This document shows positions 10,906 through 24,960 of a DNA stretch of 64,000 nt, in pieces. Within the stretch, counting starts at the first letter, position 1; every line of letters starts with the position of its first letter. The position numbers and the translations under genes are program-made. The notes beneath the pieces are model-generated. The model was not told where the DNA came from. It was given only the letters and a program-made list of their open reading frames with translations, and made no database searches. Origin of the DNA: Octopus sinensis (taxonomy: Eukaryota); assembly GCF_006345805.1 (NCBI RefSeq), contig NC_042997.1, positions 181,164,001-181,228,000 of the forward strand, in the 5' to 3' direction.

Positions 10906-11469
10906 ATAAGATAAGATATGCATGCACATCGGCGTATTACACAGAGCAAAGGTAAATTATATGAAAAAATGCATACCAGGTATTAAACACACTGTTACAT
11001 AATCAAAAATCTCATAAGAACACAAAAGGCATTGTACCAAACCATGAACTGACACTAAGATCACAAAAGCACTAAAATCTAAAAATTATAAACTCACTAT
11101 GACATAAAATGTAGAAAAATGTATAACTTTCCAGAGTAATTTATAAATTCGTTTAAGTTACTGTCAATACAATCGTGTTTGGATTCAGAAATTTAGCAAC
11201 TGCCATTCTGTTTTGTTTTACTCGTCATACTCGACCCCGTTCTCTAGTGTTCTTCCTGATATTGTACCCGTTGATTTTCGATCGAGTTATTTCATCATAA
11301 TTCTCTTTCCCTCCTTCCCTCCCGCTTACTTTCTGCCCCTTTCTCTCACTCTCTCAATTACGCTTACTCCACCCTCTCTCTCTCTTTCTCTCAAAATGTC
11401 ACAATTAATCAGCTAAATAATTACAAATCATAGTCTCTGATGTGATGCCCGTGTGTCCTAGTTGCTTAT

Positions 11470-11850
11470 GTGGTGCACGCGAAATCACTGTTTCGATTCC
11501 CCGACCAAGCGGTGTTGTGTTGATGCGCAAAACATTTCATTTCACGTTGCGAATGAGGCGGCGAGCTGGTAGAAACGTTAGCACGCCGGATGAAATGCTT
11601 AGCGGTATTTCGTCTGCCGCTACGTTCTGAGTTCAAATTCCGCCGAGGTCGACTTTGCCTTTCATCCTTTCGGGGTCGATAAATTAAGTACCAGTTACGC
11701 ACTGGGGTCGATATAATCGACTTAATCCGTTTGTCTGTTCTTGTTTGTCCCCTCTATGTTTAGCCCCTTGTGGACAGTAAAGAAATAAAGAAACATTTCA
11801 TTTCACGTTGCTCCAGTCCACTCAGGTGTAAATGAGTAATCCTGCAACGT
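11470..11850 (+). mobile_element. Older CORE-like tRNA SINE (family D) interrupted by a family B SINE
   Basis: gtttcgattccccgaccaagcggtgttgtgttgatgcgcaaaacatttcatttcacgttgc|tccagtccactcaggtgtaaatgagta reads continuously once the insert is removed. Confidence 0.65.
11551..11790 (+). mobile_element. SINE family B (Nin/Deu-domain-like, OR1-like), full length
   Basis: aggcggcgagctgg…ttcaaattccgccgaggtcgactttgcctttcatcctttcggggtcgataaattaagtaccag…; 21-bp TSD aaacatttcatttcacgttgc at 11530-11550 and 11791-11811. Confidence 0.92.
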
Positions 11851-13554
11851 ACTGCTATTCTATTTTCGACACGCCAGTCACGATGTCGGTCACTTATACG
11901 CCATAGGCCTATCCGCCTAACCAAGTGAGTTGCTTCATTTGAAAGCTACAAAAATGGCGGGGGCGAATTGTGACCAGCGATGTATAACAGCATAGTTAGA
12001 TCGTTTCAGTGATATTTTCTCTTATGTTAATTTTCAAAATTAATATAGTAGGTAGCCTCTACTTTCCAACTCAGTCATATAGATTCTTCTAATTTGTTCA
12101 TTTCAAAGCAAACTTCCTTTTATTTCCTGTCTTAGTTCTTTTATCTTCCCTCCTATCGTCTTATTCTTCCGCTTCTTGCTTCAGCTCTTCGATTTCGTTC
12201 CATAGAAATTGTTACGTAAATGTTAAAATCTGCAGCAGAAGGTAAAAATATAACGAATATAATATATATTGCGAAAAAATTAATAATGCGAAAAACTGTA
12301 CAAAGAACTTGTCTTTCCGAATGATAGATTTAAAGAATTATTGAAAGACGTTATATTCATTAATTAGTTTTACTAAATAAGGATGGATATGAATAATTAT
12401 TTGAAGTTGTTACTCCCGTTTTTGATTTGTATTTATATAAAAATATATAAAGCTTTCACTCTAAGCCCAGGAAGCACATTCTCTTTTACCCGGGAATACC
12501 ATTTAAACACGAAGTGAGAATAAAATTTCTTGCGCAAAAATTTGTAGTAGAAAAACAAATAGTAAAAGATAACAAGAAACCGTAACAATTTCCTTGATGT
12601 CTTAATATCTGCTGCTCCATGAAACTAAGAAATTTTAAACTTGACAAAAGCGAAAGGGGAAAAAATACAAAACAGATATTTCCTAGAAAATGAAATTAAT
12701 CAAGTACACGAGTGGTCAATAATGATAGTATGATAAATAGCTGGCAGTCGACTAACATCTAGCCTCCTAAAGGCATTCATTGTGAGAAAAAGGTATTACA
12801 TCACTGTCGAATTGTGCAAAAAGGAGAAATAAAAGTATCCAATTATACCATCATTAAAAACGAGATTAAGAGCCATCTTACCTTTCTTAATAAATTTTAA
12901 CAAATATTTTGTCAAAATGTCACGGTTTAGCAATGTATTCAACACAAGACAACGAACTAATACTACAGTTTCTGAATCATTGCCCTCACTTAATTAATCA
13001 CATCCCATTTGGACTCTCTCGTTTAATATCTTATTTGCACTCAGCCTAACAAAATGGCTGAACTAACTGTGTTATTCAAACTATAATTGAAACACTGCAA
13101 CTTTTATTTGCACGAGACCAATGGTATCAAACTGATAGTACTTGAATTTCCAAAGATATATGTATATATGTAATGAGAGAAAGGGAGCTTGGTTCTCCTT
13201 TATTTTATTTGTTAGATGTGTTTCGGTGTTCGGTAACACATGATGTCACACTGTAGTATATGCAATAAGTAGATGCACTCCATAAGAAGGGTAGCGTGTA
13301 TATGGAAGTACATCCCCAAACAAGGAACCGGAAAATTCAGTTCAAACATATAGGAACCAAAGTTAAATACTCGAGAGGTACAAAGTCTGGAGGCGGAGGG
13401 AGAGGGGCAGGGGCGAATCGTGATGTTTTAGCTACAAAGTTGGAATGGTGTTTGTATGAATCGGAGTGCACCAATAACTAGAGGAACAGGTCGCACTTAC
13501 GTGGCCTTCCTATATGCATACGTACGGACTCACGCACGGACATATGCACACACA

Positions 13555-13588
13555 CATATGATAGATAGATAGATAGATAGATAGATAG

Positions 13589-13645
<57 letters not shown>

Positions 13646-13939
13646 AGGGGGAAGGGAGGGAGAGAGAGAGGGATAGATAGATACATATGCATATATACAT
13701 ACAAACATAAATAAATAAAAAGGTATATATGAGATAAACGAAAGAAAATGGCACTCCACGCATTTCCTAGGATTTACACGCATTATTGAATAACAGCTTG
13801 ACTTCATGCAACTTAAGGTTTCATGGGCTTGTAAAACGAACCTAGCTCTTCGGGCTTAAATTCATTTTACGAACTCACGAAACTTTAAATTGCATAGACC
13901 CGAAACAAACTGTTTTAAAGCTACATATATATATATATG

Positions 13940-13986
<47 letters not shown>

Positions 13987-14030
13987 ATATTATATATATA
14001 TATATATATATAATATATTATATATTAATG
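13555..14030. repeat. (TAGA)n/(GA)n and (TA)n tracts
   Basis: Direct inspection (13555-13680 and 13925-14030). Confidence 0.85.
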
Positions 14031-14510
14031 TGTGGGTGGGTGTGAGCATTTATAAATGTGATATAAATAATAAATTAAAGAAAGTCAGGAAAATCAAACG
14101 AAGATATCAGTGTCGAACGCCTTCCTTCACAACAAGCCGATCACACAAGATTGGCCATTGAAAACGTGATTACAGTAGCTGTGCCACACATGATCACAGC
14201 CTTAGGGCTGCAACGTAGAAATGAATAAAAGAATAGCTAATGTTGCGTTCGACAATGGAAATTTTGGTAATCCGATCAGCTAAGCTGTCTATTCAGTGAA
14301 TTATTGCGTTAGTGGGGACGTATTCCAAAGATCCCCGTTAAAAGTAACACATTTCTCATGCAGGTGCATCATAGCGCACTAGGTGGCAAGACTGGTTCTT
14401 TGAAATACAGCAACAGCGCAGTCCACTGGATTCCACCATGTTTGTCTAATCGCAAAAGCATTCATCGACGATAGGGATAAAAGATACTTGACAAAGATGC
14501 CACAGTCGAA

Positions 14511-14557
<47 letters not shown>

Positions 14558-14576
14558 ATATATTATATATATTATA

Positions 14577-14634
<58 letters not shown>

Positions 14635-14915
14635 TGAATGTGTCAACATAGTAAAGCCACATCTTAAAAAGTTCCTTTTGTAACCTTTTGGTCTCTGTTT
14701 CCATCTCACTTAGTGACAGCATCGTTATTCGTTACGCTAATTCTAATCAGGTTTTTCCATAAAAAAACACGTGATACTGAGCCATTAATTCAGGGATAGC
14801 TAGGTTAATTCAGGAATAACTGATTCACTACATATAGTAACTGAATTCTGCACGACGGAGAACTGGAATTACATATATATAAATATGTGTATGTGCATAT
14901 TTATATATATATATA

Positions 14916-14998
14916 TCATCATCATCATTGTTCGACCGTGGTCGAGACAATGGAATTTACCATGCTACGCCATCTTCACGGTCCATCATAGCATTGAC
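14916..14998 (-). mobile_element. RTE-type LINE extreme 3' end
   Basis: Minus strand gives NAMMDREDGVAW / DRE.WR-like C-terminus followed by an (ATG)n tail. Confidence 0.55.
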
Positions 14999-15024
14999 CT
15001 ATATATATATAGGTCAAAAAGAAA

Positions 15025-15296
15025 CTTGTTCTCCGTCGTGAAATTAACATGCAAGTGGCTGTGCACTCCACAAACACGCGTACCCTTAACTTAATTCTCA
15101 GGGATTTTCGGAGTCACACAGAATGTGACAAGACAGGCTCTTTGACTTACAAGTACAAACTACTTTTACCAGCTGAGTGAACTGCAAAAAAGTGAAATGA
15201 AGTGTCCTGCACAAGGACACAAAGAGCTGCTAGTAATAGAACTCACGATTTGCGATTGTGTGCCGAATATCCTTGCCAGTAATCGACGTGCCTTCA
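15025..15296 (-). mobile_element. tRNA-derived SINE family E (degenerate)
   Basis: Homologous to 23614-23937 (cgtgaaattaacatgcaagtggctg…cccttaac…gtgccttca). Confidence 0.75.
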
Positions 15297-15696
15297 CAAG
15301 TATGTAAGTATGTATGTATTGAAAAGGTTAAGAAATTTCACCTAAGCACGTGAGTAAATTTACACTCAAAAACAAAAACGAAAACGCTTTGAGAAATATA
15401 TATTTTTATCGGAATATGCCTCCGGTGGTTAGGAAAACATTTCAAATAATTTTAAATCATCCTAAAAGATAAAAAAAAAAGGCATTTTTCAATCGCTCAT
15501 ACGGTATTTTATTGATTCATTTAATTTATTGGAACCGTTAGTATATTTTGATGAAAATGTAGGTACTTTCTTTCTTTTACCCATAATAAATTTCTCAAGC
15601 CATATTTTCTTCCTTTTTTTTAATACACACATACACACACACAAACATACACACATATATGCGCACGCGCACACTCACACATAAAAACCGATAAAC

Positions 15697-16008
15697 GTCG
15701 CCCTTTTCAAGCCTAGCCTGGTTCATGGGCCCGGATTCCCTGTTTCTTTGGCGTATGTGTCCTCCCCCCCCCCCAGCTGGACGGGACTCCAGTCCATCGT
15801 AGCGTTACTCAAGAAACAGGAAGAGAGAGTGAGAGAAAGTTGTGGTGAAAGAGTACAACAGGGGTCGCCACCACCCCTTACCGGAGCCTCGTGGAGAATT
15901 TAGGTGTTTTTCGCTCAATAAACACACACAACGCCCGGTCTGGGAATCGAAACCGCGATCCTCCGACCGCGAGTCCGCTGTCCTAACAACTGGGCCATTG
16001 CGCCTCCA
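15697..16008 (-). mobile_element. tRNA-derived SINE family A
   Basis: Reverse-complement homologue of 2979-3292 and 62541-62850. Confidence 0.9.
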
Positions 16009-16172
16009 CCACACACACACACACATACGTAGGAAAATTTGACTGGGAACTGTTGCTACTTCCACCTACAGTTGATTTCGGAGTAAGAGAGAAAGAGAGA
16101 GAGAGTTTATTGAGAGATAGAAAGGATGGTGAAGTTTCCCTTTAAGGGAAGAGAACTGCCTCAGGTTGTATA

Positions 16173-16865
16173 TATTGGGTCACACCATTAATAAAGCGAT
16201 TTTTTCAATTGCATGAACTAAAAGTCGGAGGGGGACGAAATATACTACCTGCTACAAAATCAGCTAGTAATTTTACCTTGCACTTATTCTTAGTACAATT
16301 CAATTTTAGCAGATATTTATCAACGCTATAATGTAAGTGACAAAGGATCATATTCGGCATATTTTGCTTAATGAGTTCAATAAAGGCATCAACGCAATGG
16401 AAAGTGCGAGGAATATCAATGCAGTGTATGTGAATCAGTCAATAAGCGTAAGCCAGTGTCAACAGTGGTCCCAGAAATTCCGAGGCGGAAGCTACAGCCT
16501 AGAAGACGAATCTCGGACTGGAATATCTGTAGACCTCTAGGAAGACGTCCTGCAAACCCTGGTGGAACAAAAGCCCATCATGACTGCTGAGGAACTAGCA
16601 GAGAAGTTTGGATTTGGTCATTCAATTATTTATCGATACCTGCATGCCATCACAAAAGCCGGTAAATTGGGTCAATGAGTTCCTCACAAACTTGCCGAGT
16701 CTAATCGTGCGCAAAAACTGAATGTCTACTCTTCTTTGCTGTTACGTCTCACGAATGAACCATTTTCTGACCAAATAGTGACTGGTTCTCTATAAAAATT
16801 TCAAGCCCCGAAGACAATGGGTAGGGAAAGAAGAAACACCAGCAACCCGGGCTAAAGAAGAAATG
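16173..16865 (+). pseudogene. Mariner (Mos1/SETMAR-like) transposase remnant with left TIR
   Basis: TA|tattgggtcacacc TIR-like start; MTKDHIRHILLNEFNKG…SQKFRGGSYSLEDESRTG…GKLGQ*VPHKL…FSDQIVTG (HTH, WVPHEL-like motif, start of DDD domain); in-frame stops. Confidence 0.88.
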
Positions 16866-16879
16866 AAGATAGTCTTTTT

Positions 16880-17080
16880 TCTATTCCAAAGAAAAACGAT
16901 TATATTCACTTTATCGATTGCATTCTCACCTGGAATCGATTTTTGTAATTTTTTCAAGACTTATACACGCCCTAATACCGTCGGTATCTACATATCTAAT
17001 TTGAGCGCAATCGGATGGAAGATGCCCGAGATCCTAGAAGACACACAGACAGACAAACAGAACGGATTTTATATAATAGA
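16880..17080 (+). mobile_element. Possible non-autonomous Helitron/Helentron 3' fragment
   Basis: …aatttgagcgcaatcggatggaag…acacacagacagacaaacagaacggattttatataatagat, resembling (from memory) HINE-type 3' ends. Confidence 0.4.
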
Positions 17081-17569
17081 TATGATGACCTGGGAAGTTT
17101 GACGAATTTTTTCAGTTCCACTGATGTCTTAAATCTGTAACCTTCTATTTAGCTTTCTCCTTTCTGGCTTTGAGAAACCTAATTACTCAAGATTGGTGCT
17201 TAGTCAATTTGTTACATATCCCAGCACCGCAATAATAACAGGTATAAACATGAACTTGTAGACTGGATAGTGTAACTGTAAATTTCTCAATAGTTCAGCG
17301 TAGGTGTTTTCCTTATAATTGATAGTATCTTTATGCTGACATCCGCTGAACATCTAATTTCCAATACTGTCTATCGTTTCTCTTCTATGTATGTACGAAT
17401 GTATGTATTGTCCAGTGAAGCCAAAAGACCATTATCAATACATTTTTTTAAAAATCTAACTTTAGTGAGTCATTTCATCAGTTAATATTCTAAATTTTTA
17501 TGTATTAAAAAACATTTATTTTCAGTTATATATGTGTGCGTTTCGAAAAGCCTACAAATTTCTAGGTGC

Positions 17570-17777
17570 ACCTCCCCAAACACACACACACACAAACACA
17601 TATACACATATTTCCTTATATACATATATGTATGTGTTTATGTATTGTTTCCACGTGTGTATATATAAATATATATACATGTATGCATATACACATGTAC
17701 ATATATATATATATATTATATTTTATATAACCTATATCTATATATATGTATACACACACACAAACACACACACACAC

Positions 17778-17829
<52 letters not shown>

Positions 17830-17914
17830 CGTGTATATATATATCTATCATCTATATATATAATATCTAATATATATAATATATATATATATATATACAT
17901 ATAATATATATATA

Positions 17915-17970
<56 letters not shown>

Positions 17971-18476
17971 CACGCTTATATAATATATATTCTCATTCAT
18001 ACATATCTAGACTTAAATGTAAATGATATACATGCATATATGTGTGTGGTGTGTATATATAATATATATATATACACCCATATTGCATGTGATTATTTAC
18101 ATTTAAGTCTAGATATGTATGAATGTGTCGTGTGTTTGTACCATCATAAAAGATTGAATATATTCAATACACATACATGGACAATGAAATACATAGTTAA
18201 AACGCATAAGTAGGTGCATAGGCTATTTGCAGATTTTTATATGTTTTCATTTCGTAATAAAAAGTGAAAATTAGTTTGGGTACGGAAACTCCGAATAAAG
18301 AAATAGAAGAAAGAAAATACACATGTTATGGCACACGCTCCAAAGTGCTCGATCAATATCAGTAATACTCATAGATGAAAACATATACTAATCGTAAAAG
18401 CTATTGTTCAGGTCATTAGCCTAATTTTTTTTTGAAGTACACTCTTGGAAATTCCTCAGCTGCTCTATGATACATA

Positions 18477-18514
<38 letters not shown>

Positions 18515-18669
18515 TCACACATACACACATTCACACACACGCACATTCACACACACACACGCACGCATTCATAAATGCATAAACACACGAACGCATTCAC
18601 ACACACACACACACACGTGCGCGCCACGCATTCATACACACAAACAGACATGCGTTGGTTATACTTATC

Positions 18670-18747
<78 letters not shown>

Positions 18748-18892
18748 CATAGATAGATAGATCCACAAAGGGGGTTATACGCATATAATGATATATTTAC
18801 ATATAGATGTATGTGTGTTATATATGTATGTGTGTATATATATATATGTATGTATATGTATATATATATATGTATATATATATTATGTAGAT

Positions 18893-18950
<58 letters not shown>
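17570..18950. repeat. Compound TA/CA/(TAGA)n microsatellite region
   Basis: Direct inspection; (CA)n at 18478-18650 and (TAGA)n at 18670-18765. Confidence 0.85.
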
Positions 18951-18957
<7 letters not shown>

Positions 18958-18958
18958 A

Positions 18959-19136
18959 TAGGCGCAGGAGTGGCTATTTGTTAAGTAGAGTGCTTACCAA
19001 CCACATGTTCCGGGTTCAGTCCTACTGCATGGCACTTTGGGCAAGTGTCTTCTACTATAGCCTCGGGCCAACCAAAGCCTTGTGAGCGGATTTGGTAGAT
19101 GGAAACTAAAAGAAGCCCGTCCATATATCTATATGC

Positions 19137-19188
<52 letters not shown>

Positions 19189-19386
19189 GGTGTGTGTGTT
19201 TATCCCCCCAACGTCGCTTGACAACCGATGCTCGTGTGTTTACGTCCCAGTAAAGAGACCGATATAAGTACTAGGCTTACAAAGAATAAGTCCTGGGGTC
19301 GTCAATTTGCTCAACTAAAGGCGGTGCTCCATCATGGCTACAGTCAAATGACTGAAGCAAATAAAAGAATAAAAGAATAAAAGAAT
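18959..19386 (+). mobile_element. CORE-like SINE family C, full length
   Basis: taggcgcaggagtggct… head, ttgggcaagtgtcttctact core, internal (TA)(TG) tract, (aaaagaat)n tail. Confidence 0.92.
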
Positions 19387-19449
19387 GTAGACAGGGTACT
19401 AGAAAGTATAATATTGCTAGAAATAAGCGTCCAAATGGCTCAAGAACCA

Positions 19450-19990
19450 TAGTGTGTCATGATGACTTGCACCAAACATCAAAAGGCCGACATCATGAGC
19501 TCTGCGAACACTGCAAAAGCTACAAGACGCGATATGGGCACCATGAATACCAATCTCCTCCAAAGGTGATGGCCTTTGGGGATATCCCCAGTAAGAGTAA
19601 CCTTATGTCACCCCACAATTTTGAACAGGGCCTTTGGTTCAATTTACAGGGTTATGTGAAACTGAGACTAGGGTCAAACTGTGGCTGGAGAGGGTTGCTT
19701 TTGGAAGACCATGTATTGCACAGGATTCGGTTCTTGCCATAACTCCGGAATGAGTTGGAAATGGTTGTCGGTAACTTTTCTGGCCACCTAATTCTCCCGA
19801 TTTTAATCCTATGTGTTACTATATGTAGGGCGCAGTTGAGAAAGAAATCCAGCACTCTGCTTACGATACCAAGGCTGAGCTGATGGCCAAGACATGGAGG
19901 TGTTCGAAGGTTTTCCCAGCGACGCCGTGAGGAATGCATGCGCTTCGTTCTGACGGAAGCTGTCAGCGGTTACTCTATCTAAATTGTTAT
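19450..19990 (+). pseudogene. Internally deleted Tc1/mariner-superfamily transposase
   Basis: …KVMAFGDIPSKSNLMSPHNFEQGLWFNLQGYVKL…QDS(VLAI)…WPPNSPDFNPMCYYM*GAVE…NACASF… matches DDE-domain motifs (QQDSAP, WPPNSPDLNP); frameshifts. Confidence 0.85.
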
Positions 19991-19999
19991 TTCACAGTC

Positions 20000-20400
20000 A
20001 TAATTTATTAATATTTTCATTTTTGGATGGGATATTGGGTTTCCTTTAGATTTTGTGCAAACTCTCAAATTTAGTCCGATCACGTTTTATATAAGGTGTA
20101 TTTTTTTCATGTAATGATTGTGATAGGGAGTGGTTTCTTTCGCTTGCTATGTGTATATTGGTCTTCTTTTTATGAATATTGATATGTGAGTGATTATGCA
20201 TGTGTATTACATTTATGTGTTGTGATGCAAATGTCGGTTTTGGTGTTTGCTTTATTCCGATTGGAGTTCAGACCCCATATTTTGTTTTTGGTGTCATGAT
20301 ATGATTTCATTTTTTTTTAAATTCAGTATGAGTATGTCTCGTATAATTTTGTGCGTTTTCTGTTTTTTATCTGTGGTGCGGAGATAGATGAAACCCAAGA
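20000..20400 (-). mobile_element. Probable decayed Penelope-like RT fragment
   Basis: Weak peptide resemblance only (…SQSLHEKNTPY… cf. HPxHxKxxIPY). Confidence 0.3.
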
Positions 20401-20847
20401 TGTTTATATGTGAAAAACATATGGTCTGAAAAACAGCTGTTTTTATAAAGAAAATACCCACGAATTCAGTCAAACACGAACAGCATCATTCATTAGAAAT
20501 ATAGTTGATGCAACACTCAATTACTTATCCAAATTTTTTTTCATACTAAACTCATTCAAAACATTGACTTGAGAAACTTTACACGCTTACACACAAGAAA
20601 AAAATTACGTAAACAAAACAATAAATAAATAATCAAATACGCCCAACATCAACAACACACGACCTACAATTACGAGAAATACAAACAACGCCTCGCAGGA
20701 ATAACAATAGAACCGAAATAAACAATGAACAACCGGACGCAACAGGCCACACACTTACATCACGTATATGTATGTATGTATGTATGTATTTATAAAAAAG
20801 AAGTATGAAAACGCCACTTTATGAGATAAATTTTAATTTTCTTAGAG

Positions 20848-20895
20848 ATTTTACATGTTTCGGTTCTTCTTGCAAAAACGAACCTTATCAAAAAT
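20848..20895 (-). ncRNA. Degenerate hammerhead motif (probably inactive)
   Basis: tttt-TTGATAA-ggttc…gaacc-GAAA-catg-TA-aaa. Perfect 5-bp helix II and palindromic ACATGT, but the core is mutated. Confidence 0.55.
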
Positions 20896-21144
20896 ATTTT
20901 TAAAAGTTAAATGTAATAAAAAAAGTTCATAATTGTTTCTTACTAGTCTCAACAGAGTCCACGTGGTGGTGTTTTGTGAGTCGGGGAGCATACTGGCTGT
21001 CTTGTGCGTTGACTAGATTCGTTGGCTGTAATTGTGGAAATGACAAGCGGCCGAAATACCAGTAGTAGCAGTGACTGTTGGTCGTAGTAGTAGTATGTAC
21101 ATATATATATCTATATATATATAATATATATATATATTATATAA

Positions 21145-21345
21145 CGGAAGCTTTATGAAAATAAACAAAGACGAAGGCAGGTGGAATACAAACAAACAAT
21201 TGATTAGTATGGCGCTCAGGAATATAAATAAAACAAGTCTTTTACGTTTCGAGCCTACGCTCTTCAACAGAAAGATACACAGAAAAGAAACACAGAAAGA
21301 AACAAGGAGAGAAAAAAAATGCGTGCAGAAGCTAGCGAATCAACA
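21145..21345 (-). mobile_element. Short PLE-terminus-like repeat with variant HHR (second copy at 36790-36980)
   Basis: Reverse-complement homology to 36790-36980; both lie between (TA)n tracts. Confidence 0.75.
21239..21274 (-). ncRNA. Minimal hammerhead-like motif, non-canonical core
   Basis: cttt-CTGTTGA-a-gagc gtag gctc-GAAA-cg-TA-aaag; palindromic ACGT in place of helix III. Confidence 0.55.
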
Positions 21346-21426
21346 TATGTATATGTAGTAGTATGTATATATATATATGTATATATACATATATATGTAT
21401 GTGTATATTATATACATATATATATA

Positions 21427-21467
<41 letters not shown>

Positions 21468-21817
21468 GATATTATTATTAAACAAATAATAATGATATTA
21501 GTGGCTAACATAAAGAAATAACTGTAGAGGCAAAATTAATTTATATTTATAATTATATTATAATTATAATGAAGAGTACAAAGATAGTAGTAGTACTAGC
21601 ATTGCAAGAGATAGACGACTCAAAACCAATATAATCATTAATACACACTGGTGAATGCTAAGTCCTAAAAGTTTCGCCAAAAGATTGCAGTGGTGTGAAA
21701 CTCGAGTTGCGAAACAAACCCTTTGATTCAATTTCGATAAAATACCATGAACTATATAACTTAAATACTAATAAATGATTAAATAAATACATAAATAAAT
21801 AATTGAAATTAAATACC

Positions 21818-22031
21818 TATTTCTTTACTGTCCACAAGGAGTTACACCCAGAGAGGACAAACAAGGACAGAAAAAACTGATTACGTCGATTATATCGACC
21901 CCAGTGCGTACCCCGAAAGGATGAAAGGCAAAGTCGACCTCGGTGGAATTTGAACTCAGAACGTAGCGACAGACGAAATACTGCTGAGCATTTAGCCCGG
22001 CGTGCTAACGTTTCTGCCAGCTTGCCGCCTT
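21818..22031 (-). mobile_element. SINE family B (internal deletion)
   Basis: Homology to 11551-11790; 18-bp TSD taattgaaattaaatacc at 21800-21817 and 22032-22049. Confidence 0.92.
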
Positions 22032-22562
22032 TAATTGAAATTAAATACCATTAAATACCACCTTGCTTTCTAAAAAAAAAATAGAGACGAGACAATGTAC
22101 AAAAGAAAATAGGCTCGATGATCAGCGCTTATCGCATATCATGTTATGAGGGAGTCACTATCAGGCCTTGGCAAGGAAGGGAAAAGAGAAAAAGAACTAA
22201 TTAAGTGAGAAGGGCATGCATTGATAAGACAGAATCAATCCACGTGAGTAACGTTTAATATGACTGAAGTATATATCCTTTCACTAGTTTCGTTATAATT
22301 TAAGTATTATCTGGTAATAATCCTAAACTTTGATTTGCAACTTAGGTAAATTACAAGCTTGAAACAACCACAAACTTAATTTATCGCTGTGGAAATCTAG
22401 CCTACAATTAAATTGATTAATTAATCATTTTACATTAGAACCAGGCCCAACCGTTCCATCTATAATATAGTTACGTGCGTAAATTTTTTGATATGATTAT
22501 TAGTTACATGTAGCAATATCCTGTATCTAATTAAAGATTACAATATTTTATAAACTGCTCAG

Positions 22563-22599
<37 letters not shown>

Positions 22600-23132
22600 A
22601 TGTTCGTATGTATAAATAAGTAACTAAAGTATAACAGTCGCAATTGAGGCCAATGAAAGAAATTTGCGCAATTTAAGAATTAAGGAAGCTAGGGCTCCAA
22701 ATTAACAACAGGCTGGAGGTTGGTAATCAATATATTATTTAGCTACATCTGTATGCGTGTAGGTTCATTTTTCATAACATGCTCATGTATTGTTTGTAAC
22801 AGAAAGAAAAGAGAAAAAAATGGACGAGGGAAAAACGAGGAAGTTGCACGTATAACACATAACTTAGAAGCAGCGCTACGGATGTACCAACACACACGAG
22901 ATCGAGTCATGGCCGACCTCATGCAGTTCTCATGAGGAATTCTGAAAAGAGCTTCGTGAGATCACTGCTGAGACACTTCCGGGAAAAATAAAGAACAGCA
23001 AAGCCGTTGGAAAGCCGGTTATAGCAGCGACTCCATCAATTCCTAGGGATATCTAAAGAAGGATATTTTTATTCTGAAATTTCATATCACACTATGAATG
23101 ATTAAATTACAACAGTTATTACAGTCCATTGT

Positions 23133-23367
23133 AAGGCGGCGAGCTGGTAGAATCGTTAGCACGCAGGGCGAAATGCTTGGCGGTATTTCGTCTGCCGTTA
23201 CGATCTGAGTTCAAATTCCGCCGAGGTCGACTTTGCCGTTCATCCTTTCGAGGTCGATTAAATAAGTACCAGTTACGCACTGGGGTCGATATAATCGACT
23301 TAATCCGTTTGTCTGTCCTTGTTTGTCCTCTCTGTGTTTAGCCCCTTGTGGGTAGTAAAGAAATAGG
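23133..23367 (+). mobile_element. SINE family B, full length
   Basis: 16-bp TSD tatta(c/t)agtccattgt at 23117-23132 and 23368-23383. Confidence 0.93.
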
Positions 23368-23613
23368 TATTATAGTCCATTGTTTGTATTATAGTGCATT
23401 GTTGTGTCATTGAAAACATTTTATTCTTTATAAATAAGTAAATATATATATATACAGTTGGGGAAATAAATATTCGTACATGTCAAAATTCTTTATTTAA
23501 GTTCTAATGAATATAAATGGGATATACCAATACTATATTTGCATACACATGCTTAAACTAAGAATATGCAAAAGAAACTAATAAATTATATATATTATAT
23601 ATTTTTAAAAAAA

Positions 23614-23937
23614 CTGGCATTCCGTCCGTTACAACGACGAGGGTTCCAGTTGATCCCATCAGTGGAATATCCTGTTCGTGAAATTAACTTGCAAGTGGCT
23701 GAGTACTCCACAGACACTCGTACCCTTAACGTAGATCTCAAGGAGATTCCGCGTGACACACAATATGTAAAGACTGGCTCTTTGAAATACAGGTACTACT
23801 TATTTTTGCTATGTGAGTGGACACAAGCAGCACGATGTAAGTGTGTGGCTCATGAACACAGCACACCGCCGGGAATTGAACATCCCAACCTTACGGTTGT
23901 AAGCCGAATACGCTAAGCACCAAGCCACGCGCCTTCA
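23614..23937 (-). mobile_element. tRNA-derived SINE family E
   Basis: Minus-strand head tgaaggcgcgtggcttggtgcttagcg…gttcaattcccggcgg (A/B-box-like) followed by a CORE-like segment. Confidence 0.8.
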
Positions 23938-23954
23938 CTAATGATTAGATATAT

Positions 23955-24200
<246 letters not shown>

Positions 24201-24744
24201 TATGTGAATTCTAGGCAAGTATTTATCCGAAGCCCTTCTGTGCAGATTTAGGCCTCTATTCTAAGTAAGAATCTAAAACCACCAACTTGCTTCGCCTGGT
24301 CATTACCGGTTCATTGTGAGTGTTTTCTTCATTGAATAAAGGAAGACCCAGCAACGTACAATTAATTATGGGAAATAATGTAAGAGAAGCGTTAGTTTTC
24401 ACATTTTCATACTAGACGCGAAGTGATTCGTTAAATAATATAAAGCAAACAATAGAAGCTCTTAAATTGATCACTATTCTAAGACACTTGAGTAAATGAC
24501 TTTCATTTTCCTCGTTAAGTAGAACATATGCCATTATTAAAGTGCCGAAGCCTAGCCTACAATGCTTTAGCAATCCCAAAGTCTATCAATTTTATCGATG
24601 GTTAGGTTCCAATTAAGTGCATCTGCTTCCTTGTTCTACAGCATAAGAGTGAGGATGTTGATAAACTTTCACTCGTTATCTGAAAGACGTGTAGATTTTG
24701 GCTACGTTAATATTAGTATAATTAACAGAGGGGTTGTTAGTGTT

Positions 24745-24960
24745 AAGAGCGTCGGGTAATATTGCTAAAACGTCGGACGAAACGTCTAGCGGCATTTCTT
24801 AAATCTCCCGTACGTTGTGAGTTCAAATAATACCAAGATCGTCTTTTCCTTTTATCTTTTTGCGGTTGATAAAATAAGTTCTCACTGAATACTGGGGGTT
24901 GATGTAATCGACTATACACTTCACGCACATTTCAGACCTTGTATTTATATTTGAAAGAAT
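24745..24960 (-). mobile_element. Degenerate SINE family B relative
   Basis: gagttcaaat…tttatcttttt…gataaaata…gtactgggggttgatgtaatcgact motifs (the motifs read on + here; orientation and boundaries approximate). Confidence 0.5.

Noticed and set aside
12060-12230. Coiled-coil-like minus-strand peptide (LINE ORF1?)
   Set aside because: Purine-rich low-complexity sequence with stops; insufficient evidence.
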